From: Alphaproteobacteria bacterium
GTDB lineage: Bacteria > Pseudomonadota > Alphaproteobacteria > CALKHQ01
Assembly (NCBI GenBank): GCA_965227515.1
Contig: CBDDFZ010000001.1
Span: forward strand, 3,104,001 to 3,168,000
DNA: 64,000 bases
Direction of reading: 5' to 3'
Shown: positions 53,520 to 64,000 of the stretch, one piece after another
Numbering within the stretch: position 1 is the stretch's first letter
Layout: every line of letters starts with the position of its first letter
Position numbers and translations under genes: made by a program
The notes under the pieces: generated by a model
What the model saw: the letters and a program-made list of their open reading frames with translations, nothing else
Told to the model about the DNA's origin: nothing
Database searches by the model: none

Positions 53520-55421
53520 ATGCTGACCCAAATGCGATCCAAATCCACGTCACTGGTGGTGAAGCTGCTGTTCATCCTGCTGATCGCCAGCTTCGCGGTG
53601 TGGGGCATCGGTGACATTCTGCGCCAGAGTTCCGGCGGTGGCCTGATGACCGTGGGCGAGATCGACTACACGATCAATGACATCGACCGGACGTTCCAGG
53701 CCGAGGTGCGGCGCATCTCGCCGAGCCTGACCGTCGACAGCGCGATCCAGCTCGGCCTGCTCGACAGTGCGATCAGCCTGCTCGCCAGCCGGGGTCTGTA
53801 CAGCTCGGCAGCCGCCGACATGGGGCTGGTCGTCGGCGACGAGCGCGTTCAACGATTCCTGGTCGAGAGTTCGCCCTACTCGATCAATGGGCAGTTCGAT
53901 CGTGACATGCTGCTGCAGGACCTGGCCAACCGGGGGCTGAGCGAGCAGGAATACATCGCCACGTTGCGGCGCGACATCGCGCGCCAGGCGCTGCTGGACG
54001 CCATGGTCTCCGGCGCTGAGGTGCCGATGCCGGTGGCCGAGACCCTGGTCCAGTACTACCAGGAGGCGCGCACTATTGCGCTGGCCCGGGTGCCGGTGGA
54101 TTCGGTGCCGGCGCCGGAGGAGATCGACGACGCGGTCCTGGAAGCCTTCTACGAGGAGAACGCGGACGACTACATGGCGCCGGAGTACCGCGAGATCAGC
54201 GCCATCGTGCTCGATCCCGAGTTGATGGCCGCCGGCGTTCCGGTGTCGGAGGAGAAGCTGGCCGAGGAGTACGAGTACCGGCTGCCGGACCTGATCGAGC
54301 CGGAATCCCGCGCCATCAACCAGATGATCTTGAGCGAGGAGATCCTGGCCATCGGGGCCGCCGAGGCGCTGGCCGACGGACAGGCATTCGAAGAGGTGGC
54401 GGCGGAGGTGGCCGGCCAGGAACCGGACACCATTCCGCTCGGCACCTTCACCCGTGACAACTGGATTCTGCCCGAGGCCACGGACGCCGTGTTCGGGCTT
54501 GCGGAAGGCGGCGTGACCGACCCGATCGAAACGCCGTTCGGCTGGCGCATCTTCCAGGCGGCCGAGGTGACGCCGGAATTCACCCCGACCCTGGACGACG
54601 TGCGCGAGGAGCTGTCGTTCGACATCGCGGTGGAAATCGCGGAGGACGAGATCGACCCCCTCGCCGAGACGATCATGGAATCGATCGCCGGTCAGCCGGA
54701 GGACCAGAACAACCACATCGGCCTGGCGGAAACCGCGGAGCTGATCGAGATGCCACTGCTGCAAACCGGCGCGGTCGACATCGACGGCAACGACCCCGAC
54801 GGCAATCCGGTGGAATTTGAGGGCGATCTCGACGCGATGCTGGTGTTCGCCTTCCAGCGCGACACGCCGGAGCCGAGCACGTTGCAGTCGCTGGACAATG
54901 GCGGGCTCTATGTGCTGACCGTCGATACGATCACCGCCCCTGCCCTGCGGCCGTTCGAGGACGTGCGCGATCAGGTGGAGAAGGACTGGATCGCCGCCCA
55001 GCAACTGGCGGGCGCGCGCGCCATTGCCGAGGATGTCGCGGCGCGGGTGCAGGAAGGCCAGACCATGTCGTTCGTCACCGGCGAGCTTGGCCTGGAGGCG
55101 GAAACGGTGCCGGCAGTGCTGCGCACGGGTGGCGGCGCCGAGGGCATTCCCGCATCGCTGCTTGAGGACCTGTTCGCGGCCGGCCTGGGTGAGGCCCTGT
55201 TGGTTGACGACGGGGACAGTGTGCTGGTGGCGCAGGTGACGGCGATCGCCCCGCCGGAGGGCGAGGAGGCGGAAACCGCTGTCAATGCCTTGATGACCGA
55301 ACTCCGGGCGCAACAGGCCGAAGATATCTTCGCGCAATTCGGGGTCGCCCTGCAGGGCCAGTTCCCGGTCGAGGTCCAATATGCGACGATCCGCTCTCTC
55401 TATGAACAGCCGGCACAATAG
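53520..55421 (+). CDS. ppiD: PpiD/SurA-like periplasmic chaperone
   Basis: LLIASFAVWGIGD anchor, rotamase-like PIETPFGW; upstream of trpE. Confidence 0.85.
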   Translation: MLTQMRSKSTSLVVKLLFILLIASFAVWGIGDILRQSSGGGLMTVGEIDYTINDIDRTFQAEVRRISPSLTVDSAIQLGLLDSAISLLASRGLYSSAAADMGLVVGDERVQRFLVESSPYSINGQFDRDMLLQDLANRGLSEQEYIATLRRDIARQALLDAMVSGAEVPMPVAETLVQYYQEARTIALARVPVDSVPAPEEIDDAVLEAFYEENADDYMAPEYREISAIVLDPELMAAGVPVSEEKLAEEYEYRLPDLIEPESRAINQMILSEEILAIGAAEALADGQAFEEVAAEVAGQEPDTIPLGTFTRDNWILPEATDAVFGLAEGGVTDPIETPFGWRIFQAAEVTPEFTPTLDDVREELSFDIAVEIAEDEIDPLAETIMESIAGQPEDQNNHIGLAETAELIEMPLLQTGAVDIDGNDPDGNPVEFEGDLDAMLVFAFQRDTPEPSTLQSLDNGGLYVLTVDTITAPALRPFEDVRDQVEKDWIAAQQLAGARAIAEDVAARVQEGQTMSFVTGELGLEAETVPAVLRTGGGAEGIPASLLEDLFAAGLGEALLVDDGDSVLVAQVTAIAPPEGEEAETAVNALMTELRAQQAEDIFAQFGVALQGQFPVEVQYATIRSLYEQPAQ

Positions 55422-55502
55422 CCGGTCTTTGCGGCGGGCGCGGCGGACGCGGGCGCTGGCAGGTGAACGGGCCTGCATTCCTGACCGTCGTGCGGTGTCG
55501 TC

Positions 55503-57020
55503 ATGATGACGCCGGACGCTGAGGCGTTTTCCAAGGGTTACGCAACCGGCAGTCCGCAGCTTGTCTGGACCCGCTTGGTGGCCGACCTGGAAACGCCGGT
55601 GTCGGCGCTGCTGAAGCTCGCCGACGGACGGCCCAACAGCTTCCTGCTGGAATCGGTGGAGGGCGGCAAGACCCGTGGCCGATACTCCATTCTGGGCCTG
55701 AAGCCCGACGTCGTGTGGCGCTGCAAGGGCAACCGGGCCGAGATCAACCGCGATGCCAGGTTCGCGCCCAACGGCTTCGCCCCCTGCCCTGTCGGCGAGA
55801 AGGATGGCGCGCTTGCCTCTCTGCGGGCTCTGATCGGCGAATCCAAGATCGAGATTCCGAAGGACCTGCCGCCGATGGCCTGCGGCTTGTTCGGCTATCT
55901 GGGCTACGACATGGTCCGGCTGATGGAGCGGCTGCCGGATGACAATCCCGACCCGCTGAATGTTCCCGATGCCATCCTGTTACGTCCGACGATTGTCGCG
56001 ATCTTCGACAATATCGGCGACCTGATCACGCTGGTGACGCCGGTGTGGCCGGCGGACGGCTTGTCGGCCGACCAGGCCTATCGCCTGGCCTGCGAGCGGC
56101 TGCAGGACGCGATCACCGATGTCCGCCGTTCCCTGCCCCACCGGCGCGAGCCGGCCGCGGCCTCCGCCGGGCCGCCGGAACCGGTCTCCAACGTGTCGCG
56201 CGAGACCTACATGCAGATGGTGGAGCGGGCGAAGGAGTACATTCACGCTGGCGACGTGTTCCAGGTGGTGCCGTCGCAGCGCTTCCGGCTGCCGTTCGAG
56301 TTGCCGCCGCTGTCGCTCTACCGCTCGTTGCGGCGGCTCAATCCGTCCCCGTTCCTGGTCTATTTCGACTTCGGCGACCTGGCGATCGTGGGATCGAGCC
56401 CGGAGATCCTGGTTCGGTTGCGCGACGACACCGTCACCATCCGCCCGTTGGCCGGCACCCGCCCGCGCGGCGAAACGCCGGCGGAGGATCGCGCCCACGC
56501 CAACGAGCTGCTCGCCGACCCCAAGGAGCTTGCCGAGCACCTGATGCTGCTCGACCTTGGCCGCAACGACGTCGGCCGGGTGGCGGAGATCGGCAGCGTG
56601 CAGGTGACCGAGCGCAACGTCATCGAGTTCTATTCCCACGTCATGCACATCGTCTCCAACGTCGAGGGCAAGATCCGGCCGGACAAGGATGCGCTCGATG
56701 CGCTGATTGGCGGCTTCCCGGCGGGCACCGTGAGCGGCGCCCCCAAGGTGCGCGCGATGGAAATCATCGACGAACTGGAGCCGGAGCGTCGTGGCATCTA
56801 CGCCGGCGCCGTGGGCTATTTCGGCGCCGATGGCGCGATGGACACCTGCATCGCATTGCGTACGGCGGTGTTGAAGGATGGCGTCATGTACGTGCAGGCC
56901 GGGGGCGGCGTTGTCGCCGACAGCGATCCGGCCGCCGAGTACCAGGAAACCCGCAACAAGGCGCGGGCCCTACTGCGCGCGGCGGAGGATGCTTATGCCG
57001 CCGCAGCGATGGAGCTCTAG
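55503..57020 (+). CDS. trpE: Anthranilate synthase component I
   Basis: LLESVEGG, NPSP, EHLMLLDLGRND, GTVSGAPK. Confidence 0.97.
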   Translation: MMTPDAEAFSKGYATGSPQLVWTRLVADLETPVSALLKLADGRPNSFLLESVEGGKTRGRYSILGLKPDVVWRCKGNRAEINRDARFAPNGFAPCPVGEKDGALASLRALIGESKIEIPKDLPPMACGLFGYLGYDMVRLMERLPDDNPDPLNVPDAILLRPTIVAIFDNIGDLITLVTPVWPADGLSADQAYRLACERLQDAITDVRRSLPHRREPAAASAGPPEPVSNVSRETYMQMVERAKEYIHAGDVFQVVPSQRFRLPFELPPLSLYRSLRRLNPSPFLVYFDFGDLAIVGSSPEILVRLRDDTVTIRPLAGTRPRGETPAEDRAHANELLADPKELAEHLMLLDLGRNDVGRVAEIGSVQVTERNVIEFYSHVMHIVSNVEGKIRPDKDALDALIGGFPAGTVSGAPKVRAMEIIDELEPERRGIYAGAVGYFGADGAMDTCIALRTAVLKDGVMYVQAGGGVVADSDPAAEYQETRNKARALLRAAEDAYAAAAMEL

Positions 57021-57198
57021 GTATCATGCCTAGAAAAGTTCACGCAAAACATCGCCGGCCCGGCGTGGCGCCGATTGCCGCGCAGGTGACCGCCAATTAC
57101 AGACAATCCGTGGCACGACTCGAAAAACGACTCGTGACACGTGGCACACACAACCGGATGCCGACTCGGCGCCAATGTGCGATCCGAGGATCGTAGCC

Positions 57199-57774
57199 AT
57201 GCTGCTGCTGATCGACAACTATGACAGCTTCACCTACAACCTCTTCCACTTCCTGGGAGAGCTGGGGGCCGAGACCGAGGTCGTTCGCAACGACGTGGAG
57301 ACCGTCCCTGCCCTGTTGGACCGCAAGCCGCGCGGCGTGGTGATTTCGCCTGGGCCGTGCGACCCGGATCGGGCCGGCGTTTGCCTGGCGTTGATCGAGG
57401 AACTGGCGAGCGCCGGTGTGCCGACACTGGGTGTATGTCTGGGCCACCAGGCAATCGGCCAGGTCTTTGGCGGCAAGGTGGTGCGGGCGCCGGAGCCGAT
57501 GCATGGCAAGGTCGACCGGGTCACCCACGACCGGACGGGCGTGTTTGCCGGCCTGCCGGACTCGCTATCGGTCACCCGGTATCATTCGCTGATCGTTGAC
57601 CGGCCGTCATTGCCCGAGATATTGGACGTGAACGCCTGGAGCGACGACGGTCTGATCATGGGCGTGCGCCACAAGTCGCTGCCGATCCACGGGGTGCAAT
57701 TCCACCCGGAAAGCATCGCGACCGAGCAAGGGCATGACTTGCTGGCGAATTTCCTGCGCCTGATCGAGGCCTGA
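57199..57774 (+). CDS. trpG: Anthranilate synthase component II
   Basis: [23 protein letters not shown]. Confidence 0.95.
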   Translation: MLLLIDNYDSFTYNLFHFLGELGAETEVVRNDVETVPALLDRKPRGVVISPGPCDPDRAGVCLALIEELASAGVPTLGVCLGHQAIGQVFGGKVVRAPEPMHGKVDRVTHDRTGVFAGLPDSLSVTRYHSLIVDRPSLPEILDVNAWSDDGLIMGVRHKSLPIHGVQFHPESIATEQGHDLLANFLRLIEA

Positions 57775-57796
57775 GCGAGGACAGACACGAAGCCCG

Positions 57797-58831
57797 ATGA
57801 CCGACATGGAAATCGACATCAAGGCAGTGCTCGGCCGGATCGCGCTGGGGCAATGCCTTTCGGAAGCGGAGGCTGAAGCCACGTTCAACCTGCTGATGTC
57901 GGGCGATGTGACGCCGTCGCAGATGGGCGGCCTGTTGATGGGCATGCGCGTGCGCGGCGAGACGGTCGACGAAATCGCCGGTGCGGCGCGGGCCATGCGC
58001 GCCAAGGCGCTGTCGGTTTCGGCGCCACCGGGCGCCATCGACACATGCGGCACCGGCGGATCGTCCAAGGACACACATAATGTGTCGACCGCGGCGGCGT
58101 TCGTGGTGGCCGGCTGCGGCGTGACCGTCGCCAAGCACGGCAATGTCGCCCGGTCGTCCAAGTCCGGGTCCGCCGATGTGCTGGCGCGCCTGGGCGTCAA
58201 CCTCGAGCCGGATCTGGCGAAGTTCGAGACTTGCCTCAACGATGCTGGCATCGCGTTCATGTTCGCGCAGCGCCACCACGGCGCGATGCGCAATGTCGGC
58301 CCGACCCGCGTTGAGCTCGGCACGGCCACGATCTTCAATCTGCTTGGGCCGTTGGCCAACCCGGCCGGTATCAAGCGCCAGTTGATGGGGGTGTATGCCG
58401 CCCGCTGGGTGCGTCCGATTGCAGAGGTGCTGGCGCGGTTGGGCAGCGAGCGCGCCTGGGTGGTCCATGGCAGCGATGGCATGGACGAGTTGACCACGAC
58501 CGGTCCTTCGCTTGTCGCCGCGGTTGAGAATGGCGAGACCAAGGAGTTCGAGGTCGACCCGCAGGCGCTTGGGCTGGCCCGCGCCAGCGAAGCCGACCTT
58601 ATTGGTGGCGAGGCGGAGGGGAACGCTGCGGCCATTCGCCAACTGCTCGACGGTGCGGCAGGGCCGTTGCGCGACATCGTCACCCTCAATGCCGGGGCTG
58701 CCCTGGTGGTCGCCGGTATGGCGCGCGAGCTTGCCGAAGGCATTGCCATGGCCGGCAAGTCCATCGACGACGGCCGGGCCAGCAAGTCGCTGGAGCGGCT
58801 GGTTGCCCTGACCAACGGCCGCGGCAACTGA
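57797..58831 (+). CDS. trpD: Anthranilate phosphoribosyltransferase
   Basis: DTCGTGG, KHGN, GSADVL, FNLLGPL.NP. Confidence 0.96.
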   Translation: MTDMEIDIKAVLGRIALGQCLSEAEAEATFNLLMSGDVTPSQMGGLLMGMRVRGETVDEIAGAARAMRAKALSVSAPPGAIDTCGTGGSSKDTHNVSTAAAFVVAGCGVTVAKHGNVARSSKSGSADVLARLGVNLEPDLAKFETCLNDAGIAFMFAQRHHGAMRNVGPTRVELGTATIFNLLGPLANPAGIKRQLMGVYAARWVRPIAEVLARLGSERAWVVHGSDGMDELTTTGPSLVAAVENGETKEFEVDPQALGLARASEADLIGGEAEGNAAAIRQLLDGAAGPLRDIVTLNAGAALVVAGMARELAEGIAMAGKSIDDGRASKSLERLVALTNGRGN

Positions 58832-58834
58832 CGC

Positions 58835-59650
58835 ATGGCCATGGGATCCGTTCTCGACAAGATCGTTGACGACAAGCGAGCGCATGTGGCCGCGCGCAAG
58901 GCGGCGGCAGCTTTGTCCGACGTCGAGGCGGCGGCCAGGGCCGCCGCACGCCCGCGCGGCTTTGCCGACGCATTGGCCGTAGCGTCGCGCGACGGCTATG
59001 GCCTGATATGCGAGATCAAGAAGGCATCGCCGTCGAAGGGGCTGATCCGCGCCGACTTCGATCCATCGACGCTGGCCCGCGCTTATCATGAGGGGGGCGC
59101 GACCTGCCTGTCTGTGCTGACGGATGAGCCATACTTCCAGGGCCGCGACGCGTATCTGACGGCCGCACGCCAGGCCGTCCCCCTGCCCGTCCTGCGCAAG
59201 GACTTCATGATCGACACCTACCAGGTGGCCGAAGCGCGCGCCCTTGGCGCCGATTGCATCCTGATCATCATGGCGGCATTGGACGATGCGACCGCGGCCG
59301 ATCTCGCCGCCGCGGCAGGCGATTGGGGCATGGACGTGCTGGTCGAGGTTCACGACGCGCCGGAGTTGGACCGCGCCCTGCGGCTCGATTCGCGCCTGAT
59401 CGGCGTCAACAACCGCAATCTCAAGACCCTGGCCGTCGATCTGGCGACGACCGAAGCATTGGCGCCCAATGTCCCCAGCGACCGCATTCTGGTCTGCGAA
59501 AGCGGGCTCGGCGCGCCTGCCGATCTGGCACGCATGGAACGCGTCGGCGCACGATGCTTCCTGATCGGGGAGTCGCTGATGCGCCAACCCGACGTGACGG
59601 CGGCGACGCGGGCGCTGTTGACGCCGGCCAAGGCGGCAGTCGCCTCATGA
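58835..59650 (+). CDS. trpC: Indole-3-glycerol phosphate synthase
   Basis: [22 protein letters not shown]. Confidence 0.96.
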   Translation: MAMGSVLDKIVDDKRAHVAARKAAAALSDVEAAARAAARPRGFADALAVASRDGYGLICEIKKASPSKGLIRADFDPSTLARAYHEGGATCLSVLTDEPYFQGRDAYLTAARQAVPLPVLRKDFMIDTYQVAEARALGADCILIIMAALDDATAADLAAAAGDWGMDVLVEVHDAPELDRALRLDSRLIGVNNRNLKTLAVDLATTEALAPNVPSDRILVCESGLGAPADLARMERVGARCFLIGESLMRQPDVTAATRALLTPAKAAVAS

Positions 59651-60126
59651 GCTCGGGGCTGACCCATGTCGACGGGTCAGGCAAGGCGCGGATGGTGGAC
59701 GTCTCGGCCAAGGCCGCGACCGAGCGGGTGGCGATTGCCGCCGGGTCCGTGACCATGCAGCCCGAGACCCTGGCCTTGATCAGCGAGGGCGCCATCGGCA
59801 AGGGCGACGTGCTGGCCGCCGCGCGCATCGGCGGCATCATGGCGGCAAAACGCACGGCCGAACTGATCCCTCTCTGCCACCCTCTAGGCCTCTCGTCGGC
59901 TGAAGTCGACATCATGCCTAATCCGGACACGTCCTCGCTCGACATCCGGGCCACCGCGCGCGTTGTCGGCCAGACCGGCGTCGAGATGGAGGCGATGACC
60001 GCAGTCTCTGTCGCGGCACTCACCATTTACGACATGTGCAAGGCGGTCGACCGCGGCATGCGCATCGAGGCGATCCGCCTGGTGCACAAGTCCGGCGGCA
60101 AGTCGGGCACCTACGACGCTCCATGA
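59647..60126 (+). CDS. moaC: Cyclic pyranopterin monophosphate synthase
   Basis: MVDVSAK, LIPLCHP, TGVEMEA, KSGGKSG. Confidence 0.96.
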   Translation: MSSGLTHVDGSGKARMVDVSAKAATERVAIAAGSVTMQPETLALISEGAIGKGDVLAAARIGGIMAAKRTAELIPLCHPLGLSSAEVDIMPNPDTSSLDIRATARVVGQTGVEMEAMTAVSVAALTIYDMCKAVDRGMRIEAIRLVHKSGGKSGTYDAP

Positions 60127-61334
60127 TCTCGGTCGCCGAGGCCCGTGCCAGGCTGCTGGAGGGCATGCACCAACTGCCGGCCGAGCAGGTCGGGATCGCC
60201 AATGCGGCCTTTCGGGTGCTCGCCGAGGACGTGGCGGCCCGCGTGACCAAGCCACCGCGGCATATGTCGGCGATGGACGGTTATGCCGTCAGTGCCGCCG
60301 ATGTGTCATCCGCGCCGGTGACCTTGCGGCAAGTCGGCGCTGTGCCCGCCGGGCAATCCTACGACCGCCAGCTCGGGCCCGGCGAGACGGTGCGCATCTT
60401 CACCGGCGCCCCCCTGCCCGATGGCGCGGACAGCATCGTTATCCAGGAGGATGTCGATGCAAGCGGCGACGACATCCATATCGCCGAGGCGGTGCCCAAG
60501 GGAAAATACGTTCGTGCAGCCGGGCTCGACTTCGCCGAAGGCGACGTTGGCGTCGCGGCCGGCACGTGGCTGACGGCCAGGCACATCGCGCTTGCCGCCG
60601 CCATGAACAGGGCGTGGCTGTCGGTGGTGCGGCGGCCACGGGTGGCGATCCTTGCCACCGGCGACGAGATCGTCAATCCGGGCGATCCGGTTGGCGCCAA
60701 CCAGATCGTGAGTTCGAACGCACTGGGGCTGGCGGCTCTGATGCGCGGGGCCGGTGCCGATCCGATCGATCTTGGCATCGCGCCCGACGAGACAGATGTG
60801 CTGCAACGGATGGCAGCCGGTGCCGCCGGCGCCGACATGCTGGTCACGACCGGTGGCGCGTCGGTGGGCGATCATGACCTGGTGGCCTCGGCATTGGGGG
60901 AAATCGGCCTCAAGATCGAGTTCTGGAAGATCGCCATGCGGCCCGGCAAGCCGCTGATGTTCGGCGCGCTGAATGGCACGCCGGTGGTCGGGCTGCCGGG
61001 CAATCCGGTTTCCAGTCTGGTGTGCGCGATGATCTTTCTGGTGCCGATGCTGCGGAAGATGCTGGGCCTCGACGCCGACCATCTAGGTGCACGCAAGGCG
61101 GTTCTGGCGGCTCCCTTGGCGGCGAACGACCGGCGCGAGGACTATCTGCGAACCCGGCTCGCCGAGGATGGCACTGGTGTGTTGCGTGCGTCGCCGTTTT
61201 CGAACCAGGACAGCTCACTGCTGTCGCCATTGGCGGCGGCCGACGGACTGTTGGTGCGACCGCCGCATGCGCCGGCCCTTGCCGCCGGCGACACGGTGAA
61301 TGTGTTGCCGTTTGCCGCGCTCCACACCTCATAG
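60123..61334 (+). CDS. moeA: Molybdopterin molybdotransferase
   Basis: [26 protein letters not shown]. Confidence 0.95.
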   Translation: MISVAEARARLLEGMHQLPAEQVGIANAAFRVLAEDVAARVTKPPRHMSAMDGYAVSAADVSSAPVTLRQVGAVPAGQSYDRQLGPGETVRIFTGAPLPDGADSIVIQEDVDASGDDIHIAEAVPKGKYVRAAGLDFAEGDVGVAAGTWLTARHIALAAAMNRAWLSVVRRPRVAILATGDEIVNPGDPVGANQIVSSNALGLAALMRGAGADPIDLGIAPDETDVLQRMAAGAAGADMLVTTGGASVGDHDLVASALGEIGLKIEFWKIAMRPGKPLMFGALNGTPVVGLPGNPVSSLVCAMIFLVPMLRKMLGLDADHLGARKAVLAAPLAANDRREDYLRTRLAEDGTGVLRASPFSNQDSSLLSPLAAADGLLVRPPHAPALAAGDTVNVLPFAALHTS

Positions 61335-61383
61335 TTGCGAAGGTACGGGTATCGTTCTGCAAAATTGGCTTGACCGGTAATTG

Positions 61384-61398
61384 GAACTTCCATAGAAC
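61384..61398 (+). promoter_or_regulatory. Alphaproteobacterial SOS box
   Basis: GAAC-TTCCATA-GAAC upstream of lexA; weaker GTTG-N7-GTTC at 61406-61420. Confidence 0.8.
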
Positions 61399-61483
61399 AT
61401 TTTTCGTTGGGTGTTTGTTCCGATTCTGGTGAGAACGCCCCATGACGAATTCACTTCAACCCTACCGGATTGCGAGAACGGAT

Positions 61484-62200
61484 ATGTTGACACGAAAACA
61501 GCACGAGCTTCTTCTGTTCGTAAACGAGCGGATCAAGGCGGACGGTGTATCGCCCTCGTTCGACGAAATGAAGGAAGCGCTCGGCCTGCGCTCAAAGTCC
61601 GGCATTCATCGGTTGATTACCGGGCTTGAAGAACGCGGCTTCATCAAGCGGCTGCCGCACCGGGCGCGTGCTCTGGAAGTGTTACGGTTGCCGGACGATG
61701 CCGCCGTCGACCGCAGCGAGCGGCGGCGCAAGGGGCGACCCTTCGCGCCCAATGTGATCGAAGGCAACTTCCCGGCCGACAGCCGGCCGCGAAGTGCGCG
61801 CGCGGTGGAAACGACCGGAGCACAGGCGATCCCGCTTTATGGGCGGATCGCGGCCGGCATGCCGATCGAGGCGCTGCGGGACCATAGCGTGACCGTCGAC
61901 GTCCCTACGGCCGTCCTGGGTCGCGGTGAATACTATGCCTTGGAAGTCGCTGGTGACTCGATGGTCGACGCCGGGATTCTGGACGGCGACACCGTCATCA
62001 TCGAACGGCGCGATGCCGCCGAGAACGGCGACATCGTCGTGGCGCTGGTCGACGAACAGGAAGTGACGCTGAAGCGCATTCGGCGCCGCAAGGACTCCAT
62101 CGCCCTCGAACCGGCGAACAAGTCGTACGAAACCCGCATATTCGGACCGGACCGGGTCAAGGTGCAGGGGCGCCTGACCGCACTGTTGCGCCGGTACTGA
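61484..62200 (+). CDS. lexA: SOS repressor LexA
   Basis: [32 protein letters not shown]. Confidence 0.97.
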   Translation: MLTRKQHELLLFVNERIKADGVSPSFDEMKEALGLRSKSGIHRLITGLEERGFIKRLPHRARALEVLRLPDDAAVDRSERRRKGRPFAPNVIEGNFPADSRPRSARAVETTGAQAIPLYGRIAAGMPIEALRDHSVTVDVPTAVLGRGEYYALEVAGDSMVDAGILDGDTVIIERRDAAENGDIVVALVDEQEVTLKRIRRRKDSIALEPANKSYETRIFGPDRVKVQGRLTALLRRY

Positions 62201-62232
62201 GCGGCGGGCGCGCGGTCCAGCCCCGGTCCGAT

Positions 62233-64000
62233 TCAACGGTTGGTCACCGTCCACGGTCGGTCGCCGCGTGCGGCACGGGTGGTCAGCACTTCGGGCTGGC
62301 CGTCCCGCCACCACACGAGGTGGGTGCCTTCGCGGGCGAGGTCGAAACGGTCGATTACCAATGTGGGACCGCGGCACGGCCAGCGCATCGGCACGGTTGT
62401 GATGACGATATCGGCGCGCGCGCAGTCGTCCGGATGGCTGTCGGCGGACCAGGAGAATGCGACCAGCGGCGGACCCCGGGATACACATCCCCAGGCATCG
62501 CAGGCAAGATCGCCGGACCGGTCAGGGGTCTCCATGGGTTCGACATCTGTTGGCGCCGACCACGCCGGAACATCGCGCTGCCCATTGGCCCGCGCCCACA
62601 TCTCAGCCATGAACGCCTCGTCGGTCGTGGTTGAGAACAGCAGTCGGCCATCGGGTGGGCGGAGTGCGAACAGGCGGGCATTACCGGCGGCATAGATGTC
62701 CGGCGGCGTGGTTGCCGACGCGATCGCCAGACCGCCGGCGATCGCCGCGCCACCCAGCAGGCGCCAACGGCTGCGCCACAGGCATAGCCACAGCCCGCCG
62801 GCCGCGATCAGCGCCATTGCCGACGGCGGCATCGCCGGCAGCAGCACCACGGCCTGCGGCCAACTCGCGATGAGGCGCGCGACCGTGAGCAGCAGATCCA
62901 CACCCCAACCGGCGAGCATGAGTGGCAGGTCTTCCAGCCCAAGCGGCACAAGGATGGCGCCAATGGCCAGGAACGGCATGATCCAGAACGCGGTCAGCGG
63001 AACCGCAATCAGGTTGGCGAGCAACCCGTACACGGCAAACCGGTCGAAGTGAAAGATCGCAAACGGCGCGGTGGCGAGGGTTGCGACGATGGTGCTGACG
63101 GCGGTTGCGCCGATATAGGCGCCGATCCTGGTAGCCACGCTCGGCGCTTCGGGCCACAGGCGTGGCCGGGTCCGCAGCCACTCGAACGCCGCCACCAATG
63201 CGGTGACCGCCGCGAACGAAAGCTGGAAACTTGGGCCGAGGACGCTTTCAGGGGACAGGACCAGAACGGCCAAGGCGGCGGCGGCGACCAGGCGCAGGCT
63301 CAAGGGGCTGCGCCCGAGCATGATGGCGCCGAACGCCAGAGCGGCCATCAGGAACGCGCGTTGCGTCGGCACGGTGGCGCCCGCGATCAACATGTAGCCC
63401 AGGCCGACGACGATGGCGGCGGCTGCCGCCCATGACTTGATCGGGCGTCGCAGGGCAAGCGGCTCGATTGCTGCGAACATCGCGCGGGCCAGGAAGAAAG
63501 CGAAGCCTGCGACAATGCCGATGTGCAGTCCGGAGATCGCCAGCAAGTGCGCAAGCCCGCTGTCGCGCATGGCGGCGACCACATCCTCGCCAATGGCGCC
63601 CCGCTGGCCGGTCACCAGCGCCGCCGCGACCGCGCCGGTCTCCTCGGGCAGTGCCGCTCGTATGGCTTCGGTGAGACCGAGGCGCGTCTGCTGCAATGCG
63701 GCAAGGGGGTCGCTGTCGTCGGTCGCCTGAACGTCCGGCCGCCCCAGGGTGAAACCGACGGCCCCGATACCGTCAAAGAATGCCGCGCGTTGGAAGTCGT
63801 ACCCACCCGGCAGGGCCGGCGGTGGCGGGGGGCGCAAGACCGCGCGGCCCTCGATGACATCGCCGATGCTAATGCCGCTGGCATCGGCCACATGCACCCG
63901 CACCCGCCGCGGTGTGGACTCGGCCCGCCAGTCGTCGATGGTGACGTGTTCCAGAACCAGTCGTGCCGCCGTGCCGCCGCGCGGCTCCACGCGCGTCACT
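62233..64000 (-). CDS. comEC: ComEC/Rec2 competence protein (5' end outside window)
   Basis: GLAHLLAISGLH, PTQRAFLM, SFQLSFAA. Confidence 0.92.
   Translation of the reverse strand, partial: VTRVEPRGGTAARLVLEHVTIDDWRAESTPRRVRVHVADASGISIGDVIEGRAVLRPPPPPALPGGYDFQRAAFFDGIGAVGFTLGRPDVQATDDSDPLAALQQTRLGLTEAIRAALPEETGAVAAALVTGQRGAIGEDVVAAMRDSGLAHLLAISGLHIGIVAGFAFFLARAMFAAIEPLALRRPIKSWAAAAAIVVGLGYMLIAGATVPTQRAFLMAALAFGAIMLGRSPLSLRLVAAAALAVLVLSPESVLGPSFQLSFAAVTALVAAFEWLRTRPRLWPEAPSVATRIGAYIGATAVSTIVATLATAPFAIFHFDRFAVYGLLANLIAVPLTAFWIMPFLAIGAILVPLGLEDLPLMLAGWGVDLLLTVARLIASWPQAVVLLPAMPPSAMALIAAGGLWLCLWRSRWRLLGGAAIAGGLAIASATTPPDIYAAGNARLFALRPPDGRLLFSTTTDEAFMAEMWARANGQRDVPAWSAPTDVEPMETPDRSGDLACDAWGCVSRGPPLVAFSWSADSHPDDCARADIVITTVPMRWPCRGPTLVIDRFDLAREGTHLVWWRDGQPEVLTTRAARGDRPWTVTNR

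Noticed and set aside
57021-57198. Short repeats (GTGGCAC, ACGACTCG) between trpE and trpG as an attenuator or mini-array
   Set aside because: No Trp-codon leader, no regular spacing, only two copies each

Overview
High-GC alphaproteobacterial (Rhodospirillales-like) chromosome window spanning the replication terminus. Most of it is conserved housekeeping synteny: ppa, tRNA-Ser, mltB-rlpA-dacA-tmk-holB-metG-tatD-MBL, mazG, ntrBC-ntrYX-trkA-dat-HAD-hfq-hflX, ispDF-pgpA-cinA, pdhABC-lpdA-lipA-ratA, tpiA-secG-pyrG-kdsA-eno-ftsB, ppiD-trpEGDC-moaC-moeA-lexA and comEC. The main accessory feature is a ~9.8 kb integrase-less element (11785-21586) inserted at the chromosomal dif site. It is bounded by a 21-bp direct repeat, with one complete dif and one copy whose XerD arm is degenerate (TLC-like IMEX architecture). 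It encodes an HUH rolling-circle Rep with an internal CTTGATA nick motif, two paralogous pairs of HTH proteins, and an RloC-like ATPase/HEPN gene. That gene is split by a 2.6 kb IS1595-family transporter element (23-bp TIRs, 8-bp TSD) carrying passengers: a DUF3892-like gene with an apparent antisense sRNA over its leader, an MtlR/HEPN-like gene and small ORFs. All calls come from reading the sequence by eye; no searches were run, and some start codons are approximate.
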